DNA of 64,000 nt from Centroscyllium fabricii. Taxonomy: Eukaryota. A model generated the notes under the pieces. It was not told where the DNA came from. It searched no databases and saw only the letters and a list, made by a program, of their open reading frames with translations. The DNA lies in the NCBI GenBank assembly GCA_051313645.2, contig JBNRSN020000024.1, positions 87,792,001 to 87,856,000 on the forward strand. Direction: 5' to 3'. This document shows, piece by piece, positions 35,773-48,089 of the stretch. Within the stretch, counting starts at the first letter, position 1, and every line of letters starts with the position of its first letter. The position numbers and the translations under genes are program-made.

Positions 35773-37532
35773 CATTGGGGTGCATCTCCTATAGAAAAGC
35801 CCATGTTTCTTTGTCGGGGGGAACCGTTGATAGGACAGAGTTAAACTTTTGGATGGTAATTATCTGAACCATATCAACATTGCTCGCTAAAGACAGGAGG
35901 AATTTCCTGGCCGCTGGCTGTGTCGAGTTTCATATTCTGTACGAATGTCGTATCTCAAATTGAAAAAAAATATGTGCTGAGAAATGCTTCGTGTTAGAGG
36001 GTTACACAGCATGAGGAACTGGATTTCCCCCCGTCCTGGTGCTGTTTAATGGGGTCGTTACCCAAGATATTTGCCAAGCATCGTTATGTCTGCTGGTCAT
36101 TTTCCCACTATTGCTTCCCTACCATGTAGATTCCTGGTGCAGACTCACGATAATGGATCCCCTCTCATTCTTCTAAACTCCAGCGAGTTATAGCCAACCC
36201 ACGCAATTTTGACTTGATTGACCTTGTTCAGCCCGCCCAGCGGGCTCAGCAGGCCAATTAAGGGCCACTCGGCAACAGGTGACGTCACTGACCTTTTGAC
36301 AGATGAAATATCGGCGTTTGACAGCTGACGATCTGTACTAGTTAATTCCTTCCTCAAAGGATGATGTAGAGATCGCCTCGGAACAGAAAGCTGAATGCCG
36401 CAATTTTTGACAGCTCGCAGGCTTTCTGCTTTCTGTGCCGGTGAGATGAGGGACTCCTGAGACCTGGAGGAAGGAAGGCTGTAAAGATAAGTAGAACTTC
36501 TTTAAACTCTTTACACAGACCAAACACACTTATCTCTGCACTCATGCACCCATCAGTCACATGAACACCAGACATCTCGAACCCTCCAAGCCCTTCATCC
36601 CGACAGTCCACCTCCTCTAACGTGGTTTGGAGCCGTCGAAAATCCCACATTTCAACATTAAAAATAGGGATTAGGCTAAAAACTGCCTATCAACTACCTG
36701 TTAACAGGCAGTTAATTGGCACTAATCCCCTTCCTGCCTTGAGGAGGTGGGTCGCAGCGCGGGGCGGGTACCCGCCTCCTTTGAAACTGACAGGGAGGCG
36801 GGATGGGGTCGGGACCCCCGATTTGGGGATTTCAACCCTCCACACGCCTCCAATCCCGCCTCCACGGCCCAATGAAGATCCTGTCCTGTGACTCTAATTG
36901 AGGTCCTGCCATAAAACAAAGCCTCAGAATCTAATCCTACAGTACTTAATGTTTTATTTTTATGTGTTTAAATATTTAATAAGATCTGATTTGTGAGTAA
37001 TATTTTTTTTGTGAGCGTACCATTCCCCCGCCCCACTATTTTCTCTCTGGTGTCCCCAGGGGATGCATCGACTGGGACCTGCCCTCGCCGGTACCTTGCT
37101 TAGATAACCACGAGGAGGTGCACACAAGGTAGTCGAACAATGATTTCCCCTCCAATTCTCCAGCTGCCCCCATTAGGAATTTGCTGTCTCCTAGAATCAT
37201 AGAATCATACAGCACAGAAGGAGGCCATTCGGCCCATCGTGCCTGTGCCAGCGCTTTGAAAGAGCAATCCAGTTAGTCTCACTCCCCTCTGCTCTTTCTC
37301 TATAGCCCTATTGCAAGTTACTATTGAATCTGCTTCCACCGCCCTTTCAGACAGCGCATTCCAGATCACAACAACGCGCTGCCTAAAAACATTTCTCCTC
37401 GTCTCGCCTCTGGCTCTTTTGCCAATCACCTTAACTCTGTGTCCTCTGGTTACCGACCCTCCTGCCACTGGGAGCGCTGACCACGCCCTGTCATTCAATA
37501 CCATTCTGCCCTGATTCCCCCTCATTTTACTC

Positions 37533-37792
37533 CCAGTCCAAAGATGTGCGGGTTAGGTTGATTGGCCATGATAAATTGACCCTTAGTGTTAGGGAGATTG
37601 AATATGTGGGGTTACGGGGATAGGGTGGGATATGTGTTGATGCAGGCTCGATAGGGATCGAGGGATATGGGTAGAGGGCAGGGGCGGGATACTGGGTTTG
37701 GATGATCGGCCATGATCTCATTGAATGGCGGAGCAGGCTCGAAGGGCCGAATGGCCTACTCCTGCTCCTATCTTTGATGTTTCTATGTTTCC
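37533..37792 (+). mobile_element. 5'-truncated V-SINE with CR1-derived tail
   Basis: Matches the 3' part of 21026-21418. Confidence 0.8.
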
Positions 37793-38781
37793 AATTCCCT
37801 CTTTGCATTAATCTCGGAAAAGCCAAGGGTAGGGTTGCTGCAACTGGTCTCAGAGCCACTGGACTAGGGAGGGCGAGAACAGCCAGGGTTCCACTCCTGT
37901 CAAGTTGATTCCTTACATATCCATGCACCCCCCCCCCCCCCCCGATGTCTTCCAGCACCTCACCAAAAGGCTTATTACTGCTGTGAGGCCATGAGGGGCA
38001 TCACCGATCATCCACACGCTCACCTCCAGTTGGGGTTGGGATCAGGAAACTCATCCACTCCTAGCAGTTCCTAAACTACGTCTCCTACCTGTGCCACCCT
38101 TTAAGGTAACTGAATGGATTCCATTTCAGCCCCAGTCTAGTTTTATGGGATTATAAGAAAAGTCAAGGACCAATAAGGTCGCCAACTCGGGTTGGACGTA
38201 TTGCTGGAGGTTTTATCACCTGACCTCCTGCCTTGAACCGCCCCACCCGGTTAAACAGCCTTTTAGCACACAATTCTTCCAATGAATGGTTTTCTCCCGG
38301 GTGTTGCTCGGAGCCGTGTCCTGGAGATTAATCTTCAATTTCTGGAGACTCCAGGGCAATCCTGGAGGGTTGGCAACCCCAGGGACCAGGCAAGGCCACT
38401 CAGCCTATTCAACTTGCGCAGCCTGGGCTCTTCCTGAATCTTAAATGACCCACATGTCTTTGACACCACTCCCTCACCTGGTAGATCTTTCCATATATTC
38501 CAGGGCTAAAAGGGTTAACTTATGAGGACAGGTTGCATAGACTGGGCTTGTATTCCCTGGAGTTTAGAAGATTAAGGGCTGATCGAATCGAGGTGTTTAC
38601 GATGATTAAAGGATTTGATACATACTTGATACATACATACTTGCTCTCGAGGCAGTGCAAAGAAGGTTCACTAGGTTAATTCCGGGGATGAGGGGGCTGA
38701 CATATGACGAGAGGTTGAGTAGATTGGGCCTCTACTCATTGGAGTTCAGAAGAATGAGAGGCGATCTTATTGAAACATATA

Positions 38782-39179
38782 ACATAGAAACATACATAGA
38801 AGATAGGATCAGGAGTAGGCCATTCGGCCCCTTGAGCCTGCTCCGCCATTCAATGAGATCATGGCTGATCATCGAAACCCAGCACCCCACCCCTGCCTCG
38901 TCCCCACATCCCTCGATCCCTATCGAGTCTGCACCGACACATATCCCACCCTATTCCCGTAACCCCCATATTCAATCCCCCTAACACTAAGGGTCAATTT
39001 ATCCTGGCCAATCAACCTAACCCGCACATCTTTGGACTGTGGGAGGAAACCGGAGCACCCGGAGGAAACCCACGCAGACACGGGGGGAATGTGCAAACTC
39101 CACACAGATAGTCACCCGAGGCTGGATTTGAACCCGGGTCTCTAGTGGTGTAAGGCAACAGTGCTAACCACTATGCCAC
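38782..39179 (-). mobile_element. V-SINE with CR1-derived tail
   Basis: Head to tail on the minus strand; CATATAA repeated at both flanks. Confidence 0.85.
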
Positions 39180-39471
39180 AATAAGATTGTGAGAGGGCTT
39201 GATCAGATGGATGCGGTGAGGATGTTCCCAATGGTGGGTGAAACTAGGACGAGGGGGCATAATCTTAAAATAAGGGGCTGCCATTTCAAAACTGAGATGA
39301 GGAGAAACTTCACTCAGGGTGGCGGGGCTGTGGAATTTGCTGCCCCAGAGAGCTGTGGAAGCTACTACGTTGAATAAATTTTAAACAGATAGACAGTTTC
39401 CTGGAAGTAAAGGGAATTAGGGGTTATGGTGAGCGGGCAGGTAAGTGGACGCGAGGCTAGGTTCAGATCGG

Positions 39472-39599
39472 CCATGTGATGATCTGGACCAGTTTTCGAT
39501 CGCCTAGATGGGTCGGAGAGGAATTTCCCAGATGTTTTCTCCCAAATTGGCCACTGGGTTTTTTATCTGGTTTTTCGCCTCTCCCGGGTGATCACATGG
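39472..39599 (+). ncRNA. Candidate structured cis-RNA element in CR1 3' UTR (copy 2)
   Basis: CCATGTGAT/ATCACATGG closing helix, GGAGAGG/CCTCTCC, CCAGAT/ATCTGG. Confidence 0.6.
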
Positions 39600-40004
39600 G
39601 TTTGGGCGTGATGGAGAGTGAAAGTAGATTTGAGGTTAGGATCGGATCAGCCATGATCTTGTTGAACGGTGGAGTGGGCTCGAGGGGCCGATTGGCCGAC
39701 TCCTGCTCCTATTTCTTATTTCTTATGTTGATGGGGTCGATCGAGAGAAACTATTCCCTCTGGTGGGGGGAGTCCAGAACAAGGGGGCAGAACCTTCAAA
39801 TTAGAGCCAGGCCGTTCAGGGGTGATGTCAGGAAGCACTTCACACAAAGGGGGGTGGAAATCGGGAACTCTCTCCCCAAAAAAGCTGGTGAGGCTGGGGG
39901 ACAATTGAAAATTTCAAAACTAAGATTGATCGATTTTTGTTGGGTCAGAATATTCAGGGTTACGGAACCAAGGCGGGTAAATGAAATTAAGATATAGATC
40001 AGTA

Positions 40005-40530
40005 ATAACAACAGAAAACGCTGGAGAAACTCAGCAGGCCAGGCAGCATAGGTGGAGAGAGAAACAGAGTTGACGTTTCAGGTCAATGACCTTTCTTCAA
40101 AACTAGAGAAGCCGGGAGGGGGGGGATAGATTTTAAAGCTTGTGGGGGCTGGGGAAAGGGGGGGGGGGCTGAAAGAACAAAGGAAAGATCAGCAACATGC
40201 TGGAAGGCGGGGGAGATAAGAGATATTCGGAGAAATTGAAGGAACACAGGATGGCCCGGAATAGGTGTGAACAGCTTTAGCAGAGTAAAGAAAAAAGCCC
40301 AGAGCAAAGTGTGGATTGAAATAAGAGAGAAAATATATATATGTAAAAAAGTGTGGTAGGGGCCGAGGTTATGATCTCAAATTGTTGAACTCTGTGTTGA
40401 GTCCAGAGGGCTGTAGAGAGCCTGAGCGAAAGATGAGGTGCTGTTCCTCGAGTTTACGCTGAGCTTCCGTGGAACAATGCAGCAGGCCACAGACAGTGAG
40501 GTCTGAGTGGGAGTGGAGCGGAGAATTAAA
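40005..40530 (-). mobile_element. Penelope-like element 3' fragment
   Basis: Minus strand encodes GLLHCSTEAQRKLEEQHLIFRSGSLQPSGLNTEFNNLRS*, resembling a GIY-YIG endonuclease C-terminus, followed by a degenerate hammerhead (TTGAAGA-AAGGTCATTGACCT-GAAACGTC, about 40065-40105). Confidence 0.75.
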
Positions 40531-41910
40531 GTGCAGATCAGCCATGAGCTCATTGAATGGCAGAACAGACTCGAGGGGCTGAATGGCCTCTTCCTGTTCT
40601 CATTTATCACCCTTTGAGTGAAAACATTTTTTTTCTCCAATATCCATCTGTTTTAAATTTACCGTTTATTCGTTTCAGTCGCCGTTCTTCGGTTTGGTGT
40701 GACTGTCCTTAAATCACTAAACCGCAATGCAAACTGCTGTAATGATCAGTTCCAGTCAGGTAGTGATTGGATTAGTGTGTAGCCGCACACAACCCTCCCT
40801 GTAGCTGAGCTTTCCTTACTGAATTACAGATTTCTTTAATTCAATCAACCTGACAAATTTGACAAAAGGCCAGTTTCAAAAACATTAAGAAAGGTTTGTG
40901 TTAATATGAGTGACGTATCGTCAATTCTCTCAATAAAAGACTTAGACGAGTAGTAACCTTAACTACGGGCTTTTATTAACTAACTTTGGAGCTATACTCC
41001 GAACGAACATCCAGAACAGAATGAGGGAGCCCGGCCAGTCCTCACCTATAAAGGGCCTCACCTGGGGGAGGAGTTAGAGGTGTGGCTGACCTGGCTCCAC
41101 GACAGTGTTGCAAACATGATAACAGAACAGCCAATATTGGCGACAATATTACAGTAAAACTATGTATAATACGGTTACCACATTCACCCCTTCTTGAAAA
41201 TTTAAGTCCGGCGGGGTGAATGGACAGAGCAGTTCATTATAAGTTTGTCCGGCGGTCGCGTCTGTCTGGAGGACCGCCGGGGCTCTGGCAGAAGTTCATT
41301 ATGTTCCGTCCCGCTCGGGTCCGGTGGTGGTGACGGTGGCTTTGGTGCCGAAACTTCGGATGCTGGTGGTCTCGGTTGATCTGAGCCATCGGAATGGTGG
41401 TCGTGGGCCGGCCACGGCTGGGGATCTGGATACCTCGGAGGCCACTGTAGATGCAGGGGGTGTTCAAAATACCGTGGCTGGGCGGGCTGCTGCCCGACCA
41501 GTGGCTCTGCTGTGGTGCTCCCGGCGGGCGCTAGGTCCCTGATGGAGACGGTGTCCTCGCGCCCGTCCGGGAACTGTACGTAGGCGTATTGGGGATTCGC
41601 ATGCAGGAGCTGCACCTTGTCCACCAGGGGGTCGGTCTTGTGGCCACGGACGTGCTTTCTAAGGAAGACCGGCCCCGGTGTCGTGAGCCATGGAGGAAGA
41701 GCTGTCCCCGAAGTCGACTTCCTGGGAAAGGAAAACATCAAGTCATGAGGGGTGGCGTTAGTGGCCGTACATAAAAGAGAGCGTATTGAATGCAGCGCGT
41801 CTGGGAGGACTGCCTGCCAATGGGCCACTGGAAGGCCTCTGGACTTCAGAGCCAGGGTGACCGCCTTCCAGATGATCCCATTCTCCCTTTCTACCTGGCC
41901 ATAACCCCCG

Positions 41911-42339
41911 AGTACTCGTTGGAGTTTAGAAGATTGAGAGGCGATCTCATTGAGACGTATAAAATTCTCAAAGGTCTGGACAGGTTAGATTCAGAGAGAA
42001 TGTTTCCAATGGCGGGGGAGTCCAGAACCAGGGGCCACAGTCTAAGAATAAGGGGTAAACCATTTAGGACAGACATGAGGAAGAATTTCTTCACTCAGAG
42101 AGTGGTGGGCCTGTGGAATTCCTTGCCACAGAGGGCGGTGGAGGCCAGTTCATTAAACATATTCAAGAGGGAATTGGATATATTTCTTCAAGCTAAAGGG
42201 ATTAAAGGTTACGGAGAAAAGGCGGGGACAGGGTACTAGCTTGCTAAAGATCAGCCATGATCTCATTGAATGGCGGAGCAGGCTCAAAGGGCTGAATGGC
42301 CTACTCCTGCTCCTATCTTCTATGATTCTATGATTCTAC
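41911..42339 (+). mobile_element. CR1 3' fragment inserted in the Gypsy A integrase
   Basis: YSLEFRRLRGDLIETY... and (ATTCTATG)n tail; breaks the RTTSYNPRGNGQ motif. Confidence 0.9.
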
Positions 42340-45300
42340 AACTGGTCGTTCTGCTCGAGGCAACCCCTTTCTGGAGCAGAAACTGACGCAGTTCGTCGCT
42401 CATGAACGACAACCCCCGGTCGCTATGGATGTAGCTGGGGAGACCGAAAATGGCGAACAGCATGGTGAAGTGTTTTATCACCGTTGCGCTCGTCATATCT
42501 GGGCAGGGGAAGGCGAAGAGGAAGCGGGAGAACTCATCTACGACTGTGAGGAAGTATGAGTTGCGGTCGGTGGTGGGGAGGGGGCCTTTGAAGTCCACGC
42601 TTAGACGTTCAAATGGGCGGGTGGCCTTTATGAGGTGCACCGTGTCTGGCCGGAAAAATTGGGGTTTGCACTCGGCGCAAACAGGGCACTCTCGGGTCAT
42701 AGCCTTGATCTCCGTGATGGAGTAGGGGAGGCTACGGGATCTAACAAAGTGGGCGAGTCTGGTGACACCCGGGTGACAGAGGCGATCGTGGAGATCCTTC
42801 AGCCGGTCTAGCTGGGCACTGGCGCATGTTCCCCTGGACAGTGCGTCCGGGGGTTCATTGAGTTTACCTGGTCGGTAAAGAATGTCATACTCGTAAGTCG
42901 AGAGCTCGATCCGCCACCGCAGGATCTTATCATTCTTGATTTTACCCTTTTGTTTATTATTAAACATAAACGCGACCGACCGTTGGTCGGTGAGCAGGGT
43001 AAAACGCTTACCGGCCAGGTAATGACGCCAGTAGCGCACGGCCTCCACGATGGCCTGGGCCTCCTTTTCCACTGCAGAGTGGCGAGTTTCGGGTCCCTGT
43101 AGGGTGCGGGAGAAAAACGCTACGGGCCTGCCTGCCGGATTCAGGGTGGTGGCAAGAGCAAAGTCCGAAGCGTCACTCTCCACCTGGAAAGGGATGGATT
43201 CATCAACGGCGTGCATGGTCGCCTTGATAATATCTTCCTTGATCCGGGCGAATGGCGTTTGGGCTTCTACCGAGAGGGGGAAGACGGCAGACTTAAGGAG
43301 CGGTCTGGCCTTATCCGCGAACTGGGGAACCCATTGTGCGTAGTAGGAGAAAAATCCTAGGCATCTCCTCAAGGCTTTGGGGTTGTGAGGAAGGGGCAGT
43401 TCTTGTAGGGGGCGCATACACTGTGGGTCGTGGCCGAGGACCCCATTCTCCACCAAGTATCCGAGGATGGCGAGTCGGTCTGTATTAAAGACACATTTGT
43501 CCTTGTTATACGTAAGGTCCAGCTTTTCCGCCGTGTCAAGGAATTTGGCCAGATTGGCATCGTGGTCCTGCTGGTCATGGCTGCAGATGGTCACGTTGTC
43601 CAGGTAAGGGAAGGTGGCCCGCAACCCGTTCTGGTCAACCATGCGGTCCATCTCCCGCTGGAATACCGACACTATGTTGGTCACGCCGAAGGGGACCCGG
43701 AGGAAGTGGTAGATCCGACCGTTCGCCTCGAAGGCGGTGTACGGGCGGTCGGCTTTCCGGATCGGGAGTTGGTGATACACCGACTTAAGGTCGATCGTGG
43801 AGAACACCTTATATTGGGCGATCTGGTTGACCATGTCCGAGATGCGGGGGAGGGGGTAGGCATCGAGCCCGGTGTAGCGGTTAATAGTCTGGCTGTAGTC
43901 AATAACCAGCCGCTGTTTCTCGCCAGTCTTCGCCACTACTACCTGGGCCCGCCAGGGGCTGGTGCTGGTTTCAATTATCCCCTCCTTCAGCATACGCCCG
44001 ACCTCCGACCTGATAAACGTGCGATCCCCCACACTGTACCGCCGACTCTTAGTAGCAATAGGCTTGCAGTTGGGGTCGAGGTTGGTGAACAATGAGGGGG
44101 GGTCGATTTTCAGGGTGGAAAGGCCGCAGGCCGGGCTCCGCTTTGGGAAGGGACTGTCCCGGCTACCGACGGTGAGGGGGGGCAAGGTCCCGCCGAACTC
44201 CATTGTCACGCTCTTGAGGTGGCACTGGAAATCCAGACCTAGTAAGGCTGGGGCACACAACTGTTTGAGGGTGTACAACTTAAAGTTACGGTACACACAA
44301 CCCTTGACTGTGAGCGTGACGGAGCAGTAGCCGGTGACGTCCGCGGTGTGGGACTGTGAAGCAAGGGAGACTTGGTAGCGCGTGGGCAGGATCTGCAGTC
44401 CGTAGCGCTGCGCTGTATCAGGGTGGATAAAGCTCTCTGTGCTTCCAGTGTCGAACAGGCAATTAGTAACATGGCCGTTAATTTGGATCGGCATGATCGA
44501 GTTCGATAGGTTGTGTGGCCTAGCCTGGTCAACTTTAGGTATGGCTGAGGCCGAAGTGTGCCTTTGTGTGTGGGGGCCCCTTGCTGGTTGGGGCTGTACA
44601 CAAGATGGCGGCACCCGTGGCTCGCACATGGTGGGGCGCTGGAGACAAGATGGCGGCGCAGAGGGGTCGCACATGGTGGGCCGCTGGAGACAAGATGGCG
44701 GCGCCCGTGGTTCGCACGCAGCGAGCCGCGGTGGTTGGGTTGGCGGTGCCTGTGATTCGCACGCAGCGGGCCGCGCTGGGTGTGCTGCTGGCGTTGGGGG
44801 GTCGCGCATGGCCGGCTGTGGCTGAGCTTGGCGTGCTGTGGGTGCAGCCGGCCTTTGCCGCATCAGGGTGGGAGATGGGAGCGCTTTTCTTCTACCCCCG
44901 GACCATCGCTGGATCGCGCTGCTATTGCAGCTTACCTGAGGCCTGGCGGAGCTTTCACAGGCTGCGCTGTTGTACCTGGAGTTGGGCGCTGTTGGTGCTG
45001 ATCTGCAGGCCTTCGCATAGTGTCCCTTTTTGGAGCACCTCTCACAGGTCGCGGTCCTCGCTGGGCATCTCGCTCGTGGATGCAGTCCCTGACCGCAGAA
45101 GTAACACCGTTTGTCTGCCTTTGCGGCTGTCGCAGCCATCGTGGGGGTCTCGACCCGTTGTGGTGCTGCCCAGGCCCGGGCCCGTTGTGGCGCTGCCCAT
45201 GCGTCGTAGACCTGCGGGTTTGTGCCGCTGTACGCCTGCAGCTTGTTACGTGCCCCTTCTACAGAGTTTGATATGGAGATCGCCTCCTCTAAGGTCAAAG

Positions 45301-45658
45301 AGTCTTTCTCAAGCAGCCGCTGGCGGGTTTCAACGCACCTCAGGCCTGTTACGTAGGCATCACGGACGAGGAGATTTGCCTCCTCTTCTGCTGTCCGTGC
45401 TTGGCAGCCACAGACCCGTACCAGGGCTTGGAGTGCTTGTTCAAATTGTTCATTTGTCTCACCCGGTAGTTGCGGTCTGGTCGCGAGCACATGTCTGGCG
45501 TAGACCGAGTGGACCGGGCGCTCGTAGCATTTCCGCAGTTTCTCCACTGCCGCTGGGTATGTTTTGGCGTCTCGGATGAGGGAGAATACTCGGCTGGAGA
45601 TCCTAGACCGGAGAACTTGCAGTTTGTTCCCGTCGGTTGTAGCCTTGGCGGCGTCCAT
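42340..45658 (-). pseudogene. gag-pol of Gypsy A (single long frame; integrase interrupted, C-terminal part at 41202-41910)
   Basis: Two CCHC knuckles (CYFCGQGLHPRARC, CERCSKKGHYAKAC), protease LFDTGS, RT YLDN, RNase H ESDASD, integrase HHCC and VDFKGP/HSDRG; gag N-terminus appears deleted relative to element B. Confidence 0.85.
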
Positions 45659-47524
45659 ATAGGCCTCCAGGAGACCGCACCGCTCTCCATTTCAAATTTT
45701 TCTTAGTTAATAAAATTGACGTATCGTCAATTCTCTCAATAAAAGACTTAGACGAGTAGTTACCTTAACTACGGGCTTTTATTAACTAACTTTGGAGCTA
45801 TACTCCGAACGAACATCCAGAACAGAATGAGGGAGCCCGGCCAGTCCTCACCTATAAAGGGCCTCACCTGAGGGAGGAGTTAGAGGTGTGGCTGACCTGG
45901 CTCCACGACAGTGTTGTAAACATGATAACAGAACAGCCAATATTGGCGACAATATTACAGTGGGTAAAACTATGTATAATACGGTTACCACAATGAGCAC
46001 CTTATCGCATCTCAGAATCATCTCAAAAACACTTTGGTTACAACGATGTACTTTGAATGGCAATGGCAAGCACAGCAAGATCCCACACAAAGCAGTGATG
46101 CGAATGGTCCATTAATTTTTTTTTTTACCTTTTTGCCGGTGTTTGTTGAGGGAGGAATGCTGGGAAACCGAGAGAACTCCCTGATTTTCATCTGCTAGTG
46201 CAAAGAGAACCAGCCAGAAGACAAGGCCTGGGTTTAACATCCCGTCCAAAGAGCAGCACCTACGGCAATACTGCACCCCCTCAGTGCTGCCTTCAAGTCT
46301 TGGCTTTGCCCTGAGCCCACTAACCTTCTCATCAAAGGCAAGAGTGCCGTAAAACTGAGGCTGCTGCTCCTCCTCTTCCTCCAACTGCCCCTCCAACCAG
46401 AGCAAACTGGCAATAATGGAGCCCATGATAATCAGATAAAACTTGCCAACCATTATCCCGCCAACAACATCACTAAAGACAGATTATCTGGTCTTTTTTC
46501 TCTCATTGCCGCTTGTGGGAGCTTGCTGTGCGCAAATTGGCTGCCGTGTTTCCCACGTTACAACAGCGACTACACTTCAGAAAGTACTTAATTGGCTGTA
46601 AAGCGCTTTGGGCCTTCCTGAGGTGGTGAAAGGCGCCATAGAAATGCAAGCCAATACCGTTCAGGGGTGATGTCAGGAAGCACGTCTTCACACAAAGGGT
46701 AGCGGAAATCTGAAAACCTCTCCCCCAATACACTGTGGATGCTGGGGGTTAATTGAAATTCTCAAGACCAAGATCGATGAGATTTTTACTGGGTAAGGGT
46801 ATCGGGGCATGTGGAGCTAAGGCGGGAAAATACAGTTGAGGTGCAGATCAGCCACCAATAGAATGGCGGAACAGGCTCGAGGGGCTGAATGGCCTCCTCC
46901 TGGCCCTGTGGAGGGTATAATCGGACAGGGTGTCAAACGGGCATTCGACAGAAGTTTGGCTGCTGCTGATAAATGGCTCTGAATTTTTGGTTTGGTTCCG
47001 GAGATGCTGAATTTCTGCCTACTCTTGGTTTAAAAAAAAAAGTGAACTCATGTTGAGTATTGAAGTATTTTGAGGCGACTCAGACATTGAACTAGTCAAA
47101 GGAAGTGGTTGGAGAGATGCTGCACAGAACCATTGAACAGTGCTGATGGCAATGGTTTGCAAAAGCAGATTGATAATTCACTGACCACAATAGCAAGGGA
47201 CTGGCAAAGGGAGGCTGGTTAAAGGGGAATCGATGAAGCATCTCTACTCCGAGACACCCCGACTGGTTCAAGCCATCGACCGAGAATCAGTGCCGCCTTC
47301 ACTCCGCACTGTCCCAGTCAGTGGGAGTACGTATAGTTTTCCTGAAGGCAGGGGAAAAACTGACTGTCCCATTTGCAGTTTCAAAATTTGCGTTTTGTTT
47401 GCGTGCAAGAGGGAATCTCAATTTTGGGAAGTGAAGATCGGCGGTTTCACATTCAGTGCCACTGGCAGTGATCACTCAAAGCCCATCTCAGCACAAACTG
47501 CGGCTGATGTTCTGCATCACTGCC

Positions 47525-47865
47525 CCACAGACAGGGAGGCAAGGAGAAGGATTTGGACAGACTAGACAGGGAGGAACTGTTTCCACAGGCAAGACCAGAG
47601 GACTCAGATTGACGGTAATTGGCAAAAGAACCAGGAGGGGAGATGAGGAGAATGTTTTTTACGCGGTGAGTTGTTGTGATCTGGAACGCGCTGCCTGAAA
47701 GGGCGGTGGAAGCAGATTCAATAGTAACTTTCAAAAGGGAATTGGAGAAATATTTGAAAAGGAAATCTTTGCTGGGCTGTGGGAATGGGCAGGGGAGTGG
47801 GACGAATTGGAGAGCTCGTTCAAAGAGCCGGCACAGGCACGATGGGCCTCTTTCTGTGCTGTTCC
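47525..47865 (+). mobile_element. CR1 3' fragment
   Basis: IWNALPERAVEADSIVTFKRELEKYL remnant. Confidence 0.75.
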
Positions 47866-48089
47866 ATTCAATGAAGGTAGAGAAATCACTCTGGTACAAT
47901 TGTCGGAAGATCGGGTCTCCAGGATGATCCATCTTTCGGTGGTCGGGAGCTGCGCTGTAGAAATGAGCGTGTCTTGTTTCTTTCTTTGATTTTAAGTGCC
48001 ACAGAATCGGATGCAATTTACATGAAGGGCCTGTTATACAAAGATCATATTATGCAAAGCCAGCGTTATTCTATAATTAAACCACACAG

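Larger units (their letters stand above)
38635..39728 (+). mobile_element. CR1 3' fragment related to the 1-3183 element, split by a SINE
   Basis: GDLIETY|KIVRGLD continuity across 38782-39179; carries the structured 3' UTR insert. Confidence 0.8.
40911..45992 (-). mobile_element. Full-length Gypsy/Ty3-type LTR retrotransposon A
   Basis: LTRs 40911-41182 and 45717-45992 (TG...CA; 3 substitutions and one 4-bp indel by eye); TSD ATGAG; PPT GAAGGGGTGAA; gag-PR-RT-RH-IN order. Confidence 0.95.

Noticed and set aside
43050-45579. Plus-strand ORFs of 221 and 337 aa
   Set aside because: Antisense shadows of the GC-rich gag-pol frame.
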